Shown here one piece after another: positions 42,113 to 55,823 of a DNA stretch of 64,000 nucleotides. This stretch comes from the human T2T-CHM13v2.0 reference genome, Homo sapiens: NCBI RefSeq assembly GCF_009914755.1, contig NC_060931.1, one strand, 5' to 3'. The position numbers and the translations under genes are program-made. The first letter of the stretch is position 1. Every line of letters starts with the position of its first letter. The notes under the pieces were generated by a model. It made no database searches. It had not been told where the DNA came from and was given only the letters and a program-made list of their open reading frames with translations.

Positions 42113-42714
42113 TGAAAGATGTAATGACATTTCAATTTGGAAAGTATTTTAGAAACTTATTTAAAATGTTTTATTCTTAGCTGCTGTCTTAACTCTAGTC
42201 TAAGAAGTCAGTTAATGCAGATGAAGAGTGGTCTTCCAATAGTAAATCCTACACAATATCATTTTCTGTGATTCTTAAAATGCGAATTAGACAGAAAAAA
42301 ATTAATGGTGCTCGAGGGTCCCTAGCATCTAGATCAAGAGAATAGCAATAGCAATAACAAAAAACAGAGAACAATGGAATATAAGCATTTGTTTCATTCA
42401 CAACCATAATGAATAGAGATAGATAATAGAAACTATTCTCATTAGAAAAATGACTCATGTAATCACTGGTATGCCCTTGGGTGCTAAGGAGTGAGTCTGT
42501 ATTTCTCCACTTACAAGCTCTTGTTTGGACCTCCTCATTGGCAAATCTACCAATTTCTTAACCAGTTTGTAAATAGGAGTCATAATCTATGATAATCACA
42601 GAGCAGAACAAAATCTTCACCATATTTGGATCATGTCAGCTCACTCACTCTCGGGTGACACATGATTTGTATTCTCAGTTCCAAAGTATTGCCTGTTCAT
42701 GTACTTATTTACCA

Positions 42715-43255
42715 ATAGAGTCATTCAGCAAATATTTACTACTTGCCTATTATGTGCCCAAGAGTGAGCCAGACCCAAGAAACGCCATGAAATGAGGTGT
42801 GGCCTCTGCTACCATTTAGCCTCTGTTTATAAAACAAAATCCCAGACAGGGCTGTTACTGGAAAAGAGCAGCGAACATGGAAAGCAACAACGGTGCCACA
42901 GTCAAGAGAGTAAAGAGGGCAGAGCCATGAGGGGACAGGTCAGGCAAGGCTTCCTGGAGGAACTTGAGTGGAGACCTGCAGGGTGACTAGGAGTTAGCTA
43001 GGCAGAGCAATGAAGGGGCTAACAGGTGATACAAGTACCTGAAGAAGGAAAGAACTCAGCCTAGGAGGAAGTGAAATAATTTAAGAGTGGTCAGAAGAAG
43101 AGAGTGTAGCATGGCAAAAGAGGAGCTGAAGGGAAAGGCAGTGTCCAGATAATGTTAGGCTTTGCAGCCATGTGGACAATTTTGATCTTTAGTTCATGGA
43201 AATCATTTAAATGTTTTAAACAAGGTAGTAACATGATTATACTTGCATTTTTAAA
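42715..43255 (-). mobile_element. L2 fragment in intron 4
   Basis: tcattcagcaaatatttact...ggtcaggcaaggcttcctggaggaa...gagacctgcagggtgactaggagttagctaggcagag. Confidence 0.8.
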
Positions 43256-43315
43256 TAAAGATATGGACAGGTCTGTAACCTAGTAGGATAAATTTGAAAG
43301 TTAAATGATACATTA

Positions 43316-43636
<321 letters not shown>

Positions 43637-45085
43637 TATTTTTATTCCTATCTTTTCTGTTCCCTGTATTTTCCTTTTTTGAGGGCTTTTTTTAAAATCA
43701 AAAATCACTAACACCAACTAATATAAATTATGCTACCTACAAAAGTATGTAGTAACTAATAACAGAATGACTCCTGCACTTTCAATCACTGATGAGACAA
43801 ATTAGAATCTCATGCATTATAACTTAGGTATGTGAAACCATGCATTGTAAGAGAAGGAAACAGATTGTGAATCTTTTGTGCACCATTTTTTCTTTGAAAT
43901 TTAATATTTGAAATATTAATTTCAAATATTTCTTTGAAATTCTGTCTTGTCTGATTATATTATTCTCTAGACTTTAAAGAGTAGAATGTTAAATTTCATT
44001 TATTTCAAAATGCTTGTCTCAGCAAAGAAATGACAAAACGAGTAGCTAAAACATAATCTATTTCTTATTAGCCAGTGTCTTGCTTCAATTGTTTTACTCA
44101 TATTTTAGGATGAGAGATGGTTAAGTGGAATTTGGTATGTGCAAAGCCTTCCATTATAAGACTATCCCCACCCATGCAAAGAAAAACAAAATAGTAATTG
44201 AGGTCATTCTCTAGTAGTTCAGACCAAAAATGTTTTCCTTTATATTTCTGAGGTGAAATTCTTCCATAGGCATTTCAGGAGGTTTTTTGTCAAACATTTT
44301 AAAAGCAAAATTGATACCATGTTTCTATAAAATACGATATGCGAAATGATGCCTATTGCTATTTGCTACTGGGCTGGAAGTTAGGAAATAGTGACGGAAA
44401 AACCCCAAATGCATACAGAGATCATGAGTACAGCCAGTGATGCCAGTGATGTATTACGAAGATTACAAAAAAGGCCACAAAAGTTCAATGCTAATCCCTT
44501 CTGGGTCGAACACAGAGTGACACATTCGGCAGACAATTATATTTTACTTATGTAACGAATAAGTCATATTTTTCTGTACTGGGCATTTTTAGAGGAACAT
44601 ATAAAGAAATGGATAGTGTCTTAGGGGTCTCATTTTCTAATTTAGAAATGTTTTCACTCCCATGTGAAAAGATTTGCTAATATATAACAGACAATCTAAC
44701 TTGGGGCATCCTATTAAAATAATCTATTTTCCATAACTTCAACCTTTTTAAAAAATAAAGTCAGTGGGAATTTCTAATTTCCCTGTGGGTTTTATCTATA
44801 TGCATTTTTTAGGTTTTTTTTTTCCTTATCATATACCTTCCAGATTTTATGTTTAAATAAATAAATGATATTTCAAGATAAAGTTAGTCTATAAAGGGAC
44901 ACTAAATCAGCCTACAGATGTCAATCTCTAGGTTTAACTACAGAGATAGTTCCACATAAATGCCAAAAAGAAGTGGTTTTGATGTCAATCTTTATGAAAA
45001 TGGTTTTATTTAACCATTGTATCAAGTCTAACTATACTTGGGCAGATTTGAGCTTTAAAAATAAAGCTATGTATTTCGTTTTTAA

Positions 45086-45466
<381 letters not shown>

Positions 45467-46948
45467 TAAATCCCTAGCTCCTATGGTTCAGGAAGAGACA
45501 AAAATGGTAGCGTAACAAGTAGGAAAATGGTTCTGCTTGCATATCCATTAAGGGTTAAAAATAGTGGTTATATCAGTATTAAAAGAGTCGAAAGAAGAAG
45601 AGATGATTGAGTGCACACAAATGTGTTTTTCTCTCTTCTGTTCCACAACCTTTTCTTATTTGGGCAAGGACTTTTATACTCAGGAGTCTCTTATATATTC
45701 AATAGTCTGAAATGATGGTGGACACTACTAAAAGAGTCAAATGAAATTGAGATCAACATGGCTAAAAATTATTGAACAGCATGTAAAAATATACAAACAC
45801 ACTGTCTGTAACAGTAAAAATGAAAACTTTGCCTACATAAGTCATTTCTATCAATATATAATTTTGATCAGAAAGGTATTTTTGGCCATATCAAACACAA
45901 AATCAACATAATACAAAAAATAAGTGAAGTACTAAAATTGTTTGCCTCTGGTTAGTTTATGAACAAATTAAGTAAAACTTCCATATTGATATATTTCCTT
46001 TGCTTTTCCTTATTCACTGTTTTTACCACAAATGTGTAAAAATAAAAAGTTGTACATTTAAACAATATATGTCATTAAAAATCAGTTTCTGCCAAAATAA
46101 TTTTATTCTGTTTTCAAATTGAACAGCATATATTGTTAGAGTGAGAGTCTGTAAATTCAGTCCTCTTCTTTGTTGGCATTCAGAAGTCTTTGTTGAAATC
46201 TGGATGAGATTCTGAATTCAGGTGATGTTGATTTACATAAATTGGATGTCTCTGGGACTAGAAAATTAAAATTAGGAGCCATAAGACTTCTATCTTCAAG
46301 ATATTTTAGCTTTGCAGTTTTATATCCTTTATAAAGTGAAGTCGACAATGGAAAATTATCTAGCAAGAAAATCTTAGGACATAAACATCTTAATTATGTT
46401 TTCCATGAAAATAAAATAATCAGTTTCAAGCTTCTGTGTATATCCTTCTCTCTCATTTCCCTTTTATCCCCTTCCCCACATAGAGTATACAATTCATCCA
46501 ATAATACCATTTGGGAGCTTGAAGTGTTAGATAGTAATAGATAATTTTTTTATTTCTGTAATATGTGATCATCATTAAGTTCAGAGGTTTGAGGGCATTA
46601 TATATCCCAAAAAGACATGAAAATAAAAATATTCTGTGGTCAAAGGAATTAAGAAATCAATGTGATATGGCTCTTTCATAGTGGTTTCTCAAACCTCTCA
46701 GAGGTCTGTCTTAAATAAAACTTCTTTGCTCAGCCCAGGCTGTCCAAATCTTACTTGAAGCTCTTTCTTTCTTACATTTTTTTATAATACATTTAGTTTG
46801 ATAAATACTTGATGGAACCAAGTCAAACTGTCTTTTAGAAATTTATTTAATGTTAATTACTATGTTCATCTTTAACATAGATTAAGATTTGGTGTTTCAT
46901 ATTTTTAATTATAATAACTTTCCTTAGACAATTAAAATATTTTTATAA

Positions 46949-47209
<261 letters not shown>

Positions 47210-47862
47210 GACAATTGGAATAAGGTCTAAGAGAATTCGAGCCCTGGCTGTGAAAAGAATCTCAACATAGAAGAAAGAAGAAACAATAAATATTCTGCAG
47301 ATTAATGCAGCAAAGAAAGAAGGTTGGTAGTGAAACACAAAGCTTCCAATCTTAAGGATGTGAATAAAACCACCAAATGGCATTTCTAGACAGTTTGACC
47401 TGTTATACAGAGTAATATTCTGTGGCCCTTTGACTTTGTGAATGAGCACAATGAAATGCCGCCTACTGATGCTTCTTATGATCAGAACTCTTTTTTAATA
47501 AAATAAATAACATAAATCGTTGAACATAATGTTCCAGTTGAATGCAAAACAAAAAAAATATGGAAAACATTTTGATAAAATTTTTTCCTGTTAAAACCAT
47601 GAACATTGGCTATGATGAAGATTATTACATATGAAAAAAAAACTCACACAACATATTTGTATTGACTGAAGGAAACCATCATAATGCATGCTAGAATTCT
47701 TTGAAGCAGTGATCTCAGTTTCCTTATGTTGTCTTCAGAATAGGCATGATAAACTATAATTGTAGAAAGGGGTAATTTCTGTGCACTTACAACAAGCTGA
47801 GTGTTCATGTTCCATGGTGGGCTGTGCAAATAAACTCCTTTTAGACCTGCAGTATTTCTCAT

Positions 47863-47870
47863 GGGGATGC
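47863..47870 (+). promoter_or_regulatory. miR-324-5p seed match (GGGGATGC)
   Basis: Complement of miR-324-5p nt 2-9 (GCAUCCCC); miR-324-5p is an established repressor of Kv4.2. Confidence 0.75.
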
Positions 47871-49655
47871 TCATTAGTAAATCTAAAGTGTTCAGATAGT
47901 TCAGTATTCATTATCGTTTAACTTTGCACCTAGATACTGTTACAACTGCAATAATTTGTTGTACAACTGTTGTATCAGGAATCAGGATTTTTTTGTTGTT
48001 GTACTTTCCAGATCCTTATAGATACGGTAAGAGCCACATTCGTAGAAAAACTTCTGGTGTGGCCAGGTTTTAGGTAACTTTTTAATCCAAAACTATTGTG
48101 CCATAAATGTTTTTCAGTAATATTTTTTGGTCCACTGTATTCCTGTGACACAGTGCATTATCTGTTCTTGTATTTCTATAGCACCTCTCTATTGGGTTTA
48201 TCATCATCAACAAGACTACTGTTTACTGTAGTTCAAGTGACTTTCCTACTTTTGTATTTCCAAAAAAAATTATCTTGTAAGTAGCTTGTCATCAATCCCC
48301 TTGTCGAAAACTAGAAAAAAAGGAGTTGACCCATATAAATTATCTCTAACGTCTTTGTTGTTTATGGAAAAGCCCAGATACTGGATATATCACTATGTAT
48401 TTTATGAACAGAATTGACTGGGACTAATATCACAGGATCAATCATCTCAGAATCTTACTTGATGCATTATTTATTTTGCTTTAGATCTTGAATACATTTT
48501 GAGAATAACTAATGTGGATTGAAATGTAGAGATACACTGGAGTGCTTTATTTAGCAATATTTGATGAAAGCATGCTTTCTACGCCATTCAGGAAGGCAGC
48601 ACAAATTTATCTCAGAAAGGTTCCTGTGTATTGCAAGGTACAATTTTCTCCAATAAATCAGGAGAACAGGAGTTTGATGATGCAAAGTTGATCTCTGTAC
48701 ATTTAAGTGAAAAGTCTTTATAACTTTTCACCCTTAAAATATTTCAGCAGACATGTCTGCACATGACAGTGTAAAAAAGTTTAATGTCAAATGCAAAGTT
48801 TTTATTCATTCCAAGCCACCACTGTAAGGAATAAAGCTTAGCTTCTGTACATGGAAAGAGCTAATAATTATCCCTCTGTCAGAGATGAGATTTTTAAATG
48901 CTTATGATATTTAATCATAAAAAGGGATTAATCCAACCATTTTCTAGTAAAGCCAGAAATTCTTGCTTCCCATTTCTAGAATAGTTTCTAGAACAGTGCT
49001 ATGCACATATTAGATCTTAATAAACATTTGCTGAGTGAAAGTAAGATAAACTCAACTATCTCTTGGGAAGAACTGGCTTCATTCCTAGTACATCTTTTAA
49101 AAAGTTACTAATTTTCCAGCAGTACAAATATTAACAATTATATTAACACCTGCCTCATGTCAGTTTATGCTTCTAGAGCAATGTCTAGTGAAACTTATCT
49201 GATGGCATTTATTGAAAACCTTCTAAAAAGTAGACTAAGGAAACCATAATCAGAATTACTATGTCTTTTGATTCCCAATGAGAAGTTCTATTTTCATGTT
49301 CTTAATATTACATACAAGAAAATGCAGTTAGGTTATTTCAATTGACAATTCTGCCTCCTCTTTTGATTTATCACTTACCCAAAATTATTAATTTTATTAG
49401 GCTTTTGGAAAAGAAAAAAAACTTTTTGATGTTTTAGGTGATTTAAAAATATACCGTGTTGGTGGTGAATGACTATTGATGACTGTGTTAAGTGCATCTG
49501 TATTGTAAGTGAAATGTAATTATTTCTGTGTACCATATGGAGTAACTAAGGTCATTGTTTTTGACAATTTTGTTTGAAATTCATATATCTTATTTCAAAG
49601 GATAGCATAATATCTGCATTATGCTGGAAAAAAATAGACCTTTGGAGAATACTTA

Positions 49656-49661
49656 AATAAA
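49656..49661 (+). terminator. Likely distal polyadenylation signal
   Basis: AATAAA with downstream GU/U-rich element ~30 nt later; cleavage site inferred. Confidence 0.7.
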
Positions 49662-51871
49662 ACATGTGCATGCTTGAACAGGACAAAATGTTGACTGTTG
49701 CCCTATTTTCTTAGATTTCATTCCTTTCCCAAAATTAGGATATGCCACACTCATAATACACATGTTGGAGGACCTTGTGAGACATACAACTCAAAGGACA
49801 CAGCAATTGAAAGTAATGCTTAAATCTCATCTGAATGGGTGGAGACAGTAGCTTTTGCTAGTAATGGGAATTAAGGCAGGGACTTTAACAGAAAAGATAG
49901 TATCAATTAAGGAAAGCCAGTCCCTGAACCTTATATACTTCTTAAACACCACTACTTGCATTAAGCAGAGAAGCTCAGGGGTAATGGTTTTGGTCAGAAC
50001 TTAAATAAATTCTTAATCAAAGGCTTTATTCTACCTAGGAAAGCGGGGTGATTTATTTGCCTAGCCATTTGTGTGCATGTATGTGTATATGTAGATATAA
50101 ATTTGTTCATACACATATACATAGATTTTCATTCATTTTTAATATGCAACCACTAATGGTTTCTCTTAATATCTTGAAAGGGCTAAAAAGCAAGAAAATG
50201 TTAAGAGTTTATAGAAGAAGGAAAAAGACACAAAGGAAATTATTTAGTAGAAAGACTGATTTTAACTGGTGATATATATGGTCCTCTTGGTGGATAGTCT
50301 CTATCTTTTCTTGTTAATTATTTTCATTTATAGCCTTTGATTTATTAGGTATCAATCTTGCATTAAAAAGTTCAATATGCCTCCCTATTCCTTCAACTTA
50401 GTCACAATGTTGGCTTAGAAATAGCCTCTTGGGAGCTATAATGTGTCTGCCAGTAACATTGCTCAAAAGAATAAAAAAGGGTTCTTGAAAGTAAATTGAT
50501 AACTCCTTAGAGTTTCATAAGAAAGGCATCTTCTCTTCCCTACAGTGTCATTAAGGTGTTTGTTTTATTAACTCACTGGTACAAGAATGGTTATTACTCT
50601 GCACTGTGTAAACATCTGAATTTTCAACACAATTGTGTAGGCACACAGTATTTTTTTAATGAAGGTTTAAATTGTACCTACGAAGGTTTAAGTCTTATCT
50701 ACTTCAGCTGGTTGTATTAGGATACTAAAATATTCTTTACAGAGTTTGATTTTTTACTTCTAAGGAATTACTAGCTTTGAACAGCAAGTTTGCTTAAGAT
50801 AATTATAAAATATAATTTTACAAAATATTTTTAGTTGAAAATAATATTAAATACATAGCATACCTTTAATCTTTCTCTTTACTGCCTGCCCTGCCTTTTT
50901 TCTCCTTTATCTTCAAGCATTAATTATTATTGTAGCAGATCTTTGCCTTTCCCTAATTACTTTTTTCTCTAGCTTTTCTATGGAAATCCTTTAGGTTACA
51001 TAACTAATATTCATTCTACATATAATCCAGTTTATTAAATACAGATGATGGGCCAGACATGGTGATAGAGAAATACAGATTAAGAAACCAGATCAAATCC
51101 TTTTTAAGGAATTATCTAGTGGAAAATATCTCAACTCTCTTCTTTACACTACTATTCATTATCTTACACTTCAAATCTTCACCTTTCCATTTTGACAGTC
51201 GCTCTTCTACTTCAGTCTCCTGAAGACATCTCTCCAACAGAAGTTACATAAAAATACTAATCTTCAAGGTGCTTTCTAAAATATTTTCATCACGTCATTA
51301 AAATCTTCTTTCACTAGGCAATGGTTCTGTCTCTATGGGGGCTGGCAGGCAGGGCAAATGAATTCCTACCTGCCCAGAGAAAGAACAGGAAACAATAAAG
51401 GTAAAACAAAACCCAAAGGAAGAAGAGCTTCATGTTTATGCATTACATTAAAGTTAAAAGGAAATAAACTTTCTCAAGTATCCACTCTACCTTTTCAACT
51501 ATAATTTCAGAGAATGTGAAGAAAGCTATTAAAATAGTTTTGCAGGAGGACTGATACACAATGCGTCTGTGAATCTGAACACCACACCTCAAATTCTATT
51601 ATCTGATGAATCCTATTGAAATATCTGAGTAATTGGGACAACAGAAAGGTAAGTCTGTAATCAGGGGCACTCACCAATAAGGCGGGCCTAGTTGGTTCAT
51701 GTCAATTCCAAAGCAAGAGGATGGTTGAAGAAGGGTATTGAATGAGTAGATAACAAATATTTGGAGAGAGATTTGGAGGAACCCTGGAAGACAAGAGTAG
51801 GCTATTGGCAAGGGCTACAAGATGGTAGAGACATCCTTGGGCTTTGACTCTAATTGAAAATACAGAATTTT

Positions 51872-52193
<322 letters not shown>

Positions 52194-53290
52194 TCAATTT
52201 AGATCAAATTAATTCCTTGGTTAGAGCTACAAATTTCAGCACCAAAAATTCTCTTAACCTGTTACCAGTTTTTAATAGTCATATACCAATACTGCTCAGA
52301 CATCTCCTACAATGCCTGCAAGATGAAGAACAGAACCCTAAAATTAACAGAATAAGCTATTTCTCCAAGACATGTGAAAGGGAGTTGAAAGAGCCAAGGC
52401 TGAGTGGACACTGAATTGGGTAGAGGGGTTTGTTAAATTTCCCAATCAGAGACACCTTCTTGGAGAGGCAGAAGATTTCATTACAGAGGATATAACAATT
52501 TTGAAAGTAAAAATGTCATGTGCATCATAATTTTACACAGCAATCATTCTGGACATGCATTAATTTATCGCCAATCAATCTGGTAAAAAAAAAAAATGTA
52601 AACCCACAGAAGTAAAATCCTAATGCACTCTTTTCATTTTACACTTTCTTCAATAGATTAACAGTGAGTACTAAATAATGATGATTACAACCACCATGGA
52701 AAGATAACAATAATGACTGTTAACTTTACTGGATATTAAATATAGGCCAAGCACTGTGCTAATGACTTCACATGTATCAATCCATTCAGTAATTATTAGC
52801 CACATTTCCTGATGAGAAAACTTTAACACTGAAAAATTATGAGTGTGGGTTTTCCTAATTTAGATAATATAAAATTTTAAATTAAGTTATGTATTTCTAT
52901 GACAGAGTTCTATTGCATAGAATTATTGATGTTATTTCTTCTTCTAGGCTAACAGATAAATTAAAAGAAATGGGGGTGGGACACAGAGGGAGGCCTGGGC
53001 ATACCTGTGCTCTGGTGATTGTGGTCATTATCAAGGATGATCATTTTTTCTTCCCATTTTCTTTGGTCCAACCCATTTTATCATCTTGTTGTGTTCTGAT
53101 AATAACTGCTTCCTAATTGACTATTGGTAAATTAAAATAAAATGGGACCTGGCTAGGAAATATATTAGTGTCCTAATTGACAAATATTTTTCCAACAACT
53201 CCATATCAGTAAAGCATACACATTTAGTTAATTTTCTAGTAACAGAGATAATTATGTGTTAGAGCATCTATTATATCTCACTTGCTCCCC

Positions 53291-53381
53291 TTTTTTTAAC
53301 CAATGGTGACCAGGTTGGCCTCTAACGTGTAGCCTCACCTCCCTGAGTGCCAGGGCAACCAGCCTGAGCTACCGTGGCTCC
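53291..53381 (-). mobile_element. Short Alu-monomer-derived retroposon resembling snaR ancestor (CAS/ASR)
   Basis: Minus strand GGAGCCACGGTAGCTCAGGCTGGTTGCCCTGGCACTCAGGGAGGTGAGGCTACACGTTAGAGGCCAACCTGGTCACCATTGGTT-A7; TSD TGCTCCCCTTTTTT at 53283-53296 and 53382-53395. Confidence 0.78.
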
Positions 53382-54402
53382 TGCTCCCCTTTTTTAATAA
53401 GGTCTGCCACAATTTTCAAAGTTGTTTATTAGGGCTGCAGTTATAGCCTTCAGCATCTAGTTGGTGCACAGTCCAAGTCCTGGAGGCTGATCATAAAACA
53501 GAAATATTTTGGAATTAATATCAATAACCACAATTCTCATCCTTTATCTTTTGTATCTTCCTAAATTCTTGCTGGCAAAAATTTCGGAGGATAGGAGCAA
53601 AGTGCCTATTGGCATTTAATACCACATACAAAATAAAGTGCAGAGAGATTCAGATAGGCAAAATAAGTGCATAATTCAGTATTCCAAGTTAATATAATAT
53701 AATTAAAAATACGATTGGATTTTTTTCAATCCTGTTGTTGCAATCCATCCTCAGAAACATTTCTAAAATTTTTCTGAAGGTCATTGAAAATTTTTATTTG
53801 TTCCTAATAAAATAAAACCTCCAATAAAGGTGTAAACATAGACATTTGATTTATTCAGAACTGTAGAAAATTTAATGTACCTTTTAAAATGGTACTTGGG
53901 ATATAAGTACTTCCCATAAAACTTCTTATTTGGGCTTCATCGTTTGCTTGTTTTATGTTCCAAAATAACACTGGCCTATTAATAATATCTCTTTACTTTC
54001 CACTTCAATCTTTCCCTTTCTACTTCTCAAATGGTAAATGTGTTATTCATTGTAAATATTAATATTGTATCCAAAACTTTCTTAACATGAGAAATTAAGA
54101 GGCAATCATGATTTAAAAGACATGTATGGGAAATTAATGTCATATATAGCTTAGTATTGTCAAATTCTGATGATAAATTGTATAAATTTAATATAACAGA
54201 TTTTATAAGATAAATTATAATTTTCTAAAATTATACAAATTTTATTATAAAATAATAAAAGTTCCCCAATTTGTCATACAGAAGGATAAAAATATAATTT
54301 TTGGTTTTTTCCAAACTGCTAATACACAGCAGATAGACCCTAATACAAAATCACACTACACTATGAAAACAAGGCATACATACATACGAACACAAATACA
54401 TA

Positions 54403-54720
54403 CAGTCATGGGCCACATAGCAATATTTCAGTCAATGATGTACTGCATATATGAGGGTGGTCCCAACAGATTATAATACTGGATTTTTACTGTACCTTTT
54501 CTATGCTTAGATTCACAAATACTCACCATTGGGTTACAATTGCCTACAGTATTCAGTACAGTAACATGCTGTTCAGGTTTGTAGCCTAGGAGCAATAGGC
54601 TTTACCATAAAGCCTAGGTGTGTAGTAGGCTATACCATCCAGGTTTGTGTATGTACACTCTGTGATGTTCTCACAAGGACAAAATTGCCTAATGACGTGT
54701 TTCTCAGAACCCATCCCTGT
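54403..54720. mobile_element. Tigger3a/MER7A
   Basis: TA-CAGTCATG start; ggtggtccc..agattataatac; ttacaattgcctacagtattcagtacagtaacatgctg; gcctaggtgtgtagtaggctatacca. Confidence 0.9.
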
Positions 54721-55077
54721 TTTGTGTGTGTATGTGTGTGAGTGAGTGTGTGTGTGTATCAGACAGCTCTACTAATATCTAAAATGAAATGAATTTATTC
54801 ATACAAATGTGCAGGAGCCGACTAATGAGAGATTAGTGAGAGAAATGGATTTATGAGTGACTAGAAGAACTTGAAACCATATATCATTTGGAAGAAACAA
54901 AGTTTGGAAAACCAGAAGAATTCAATGTCATGCCAGTTTCTTTGGCTATCTTATTAATTAATTCAAGACATTTCTCTCATCATCTATATCCTTATATTAT
55001 AATAGGTGTTTCAACCTAAACTTAGGCTGAATATCAAAATGATTATAATAAATTTACCTTAAGAGACTAAGATTAGG

Positions 55078-55346
55078 GGCCAGGCGTGGTGGCTCACGCC
55101 TGTAATCCCAGCACTTTAGGAGGCCGAGGCGAGCAGGTCATTTGAGCTCAGGAGATCGAGACCAGCCTGGCCAACATGGTGAAACCCCGTCTCTACTAAA
55201 AATACAAAAATTAGCTGGCCGTGGTGGCGGGCACTTGTAATCCCAGCTATTTGGGAGGCTGAGGCAGGAGAATCGTTTGAACCCGGGAGGCAGAGGTTTC
55301 AGTGAGCCGAGATCACGCCATTGCAGCCTGGGTGACAGGGTGAGAC
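55078..55346 (+). mobile_element. AluS lacking 3' end and A tail
   Basis: Dimer ends at ...gggtgagac followed by unique sequence. Confidence 0.95.
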
Positions 55347-55790
55347 ATAAATGCCTAAGTGTCTGTATCTGAGTATCACTGATTCTAATGAAATGTTTTT
55401 TCTGTAATTATTGCTGACTGCTGTCTAGATTTAAATACAAATGAACTAATGAATGACTGTGGCTTATTTATCATTAGATGCACTTCTCCATTTCTTCTCA
55501 TAACTAAGAGAAAAATATATTCAATGCTCAAAGTTTATCATAAAAGCACCATCTCAACTAAGGTTTTTAAACAATATAATAGAAAGCCAAATAAATCAGC
55601 TAACTGAGGCTTCCAGTGCATTCCTCATAATAGAAATACATAAAGTAATATAATAAATTTCTTGTACATACATTTATATTCTTAATCATAGATTACCATG
55701 TAGTTTACATACATGTTTTATTATCAAATCTCTTTCATGTTTCAGATAAAAATCAGGAAAAAAACCATTGAAGGAAAGGGTGAACACATG

Positions 55791-55791
55791 A

Positions 55792-55817
<26 letters not shown>
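55791..55817. repeat. (CA)n microsatellite
   Basis: Direct reading. Confidence 0.9.

Positions 55818-55823
<6 letters not shown>

Larger units (their letters stand above)
47210..49685 (+). other. KCND2: KCND2 3'UTR (end approximate)
   Basis: Repeat-poor AU-rich stretch after the stop codon; distal AATAAA at 49656-49661 followed by GT/T-rich sequence (tgttgactgttg, tattttc). Confidence 0.75.

Noticed and set aside
52235-52245. TTCAGCACC REST/NRSE left half-site
   Set aside because: Right half (GGACAG) is missing.
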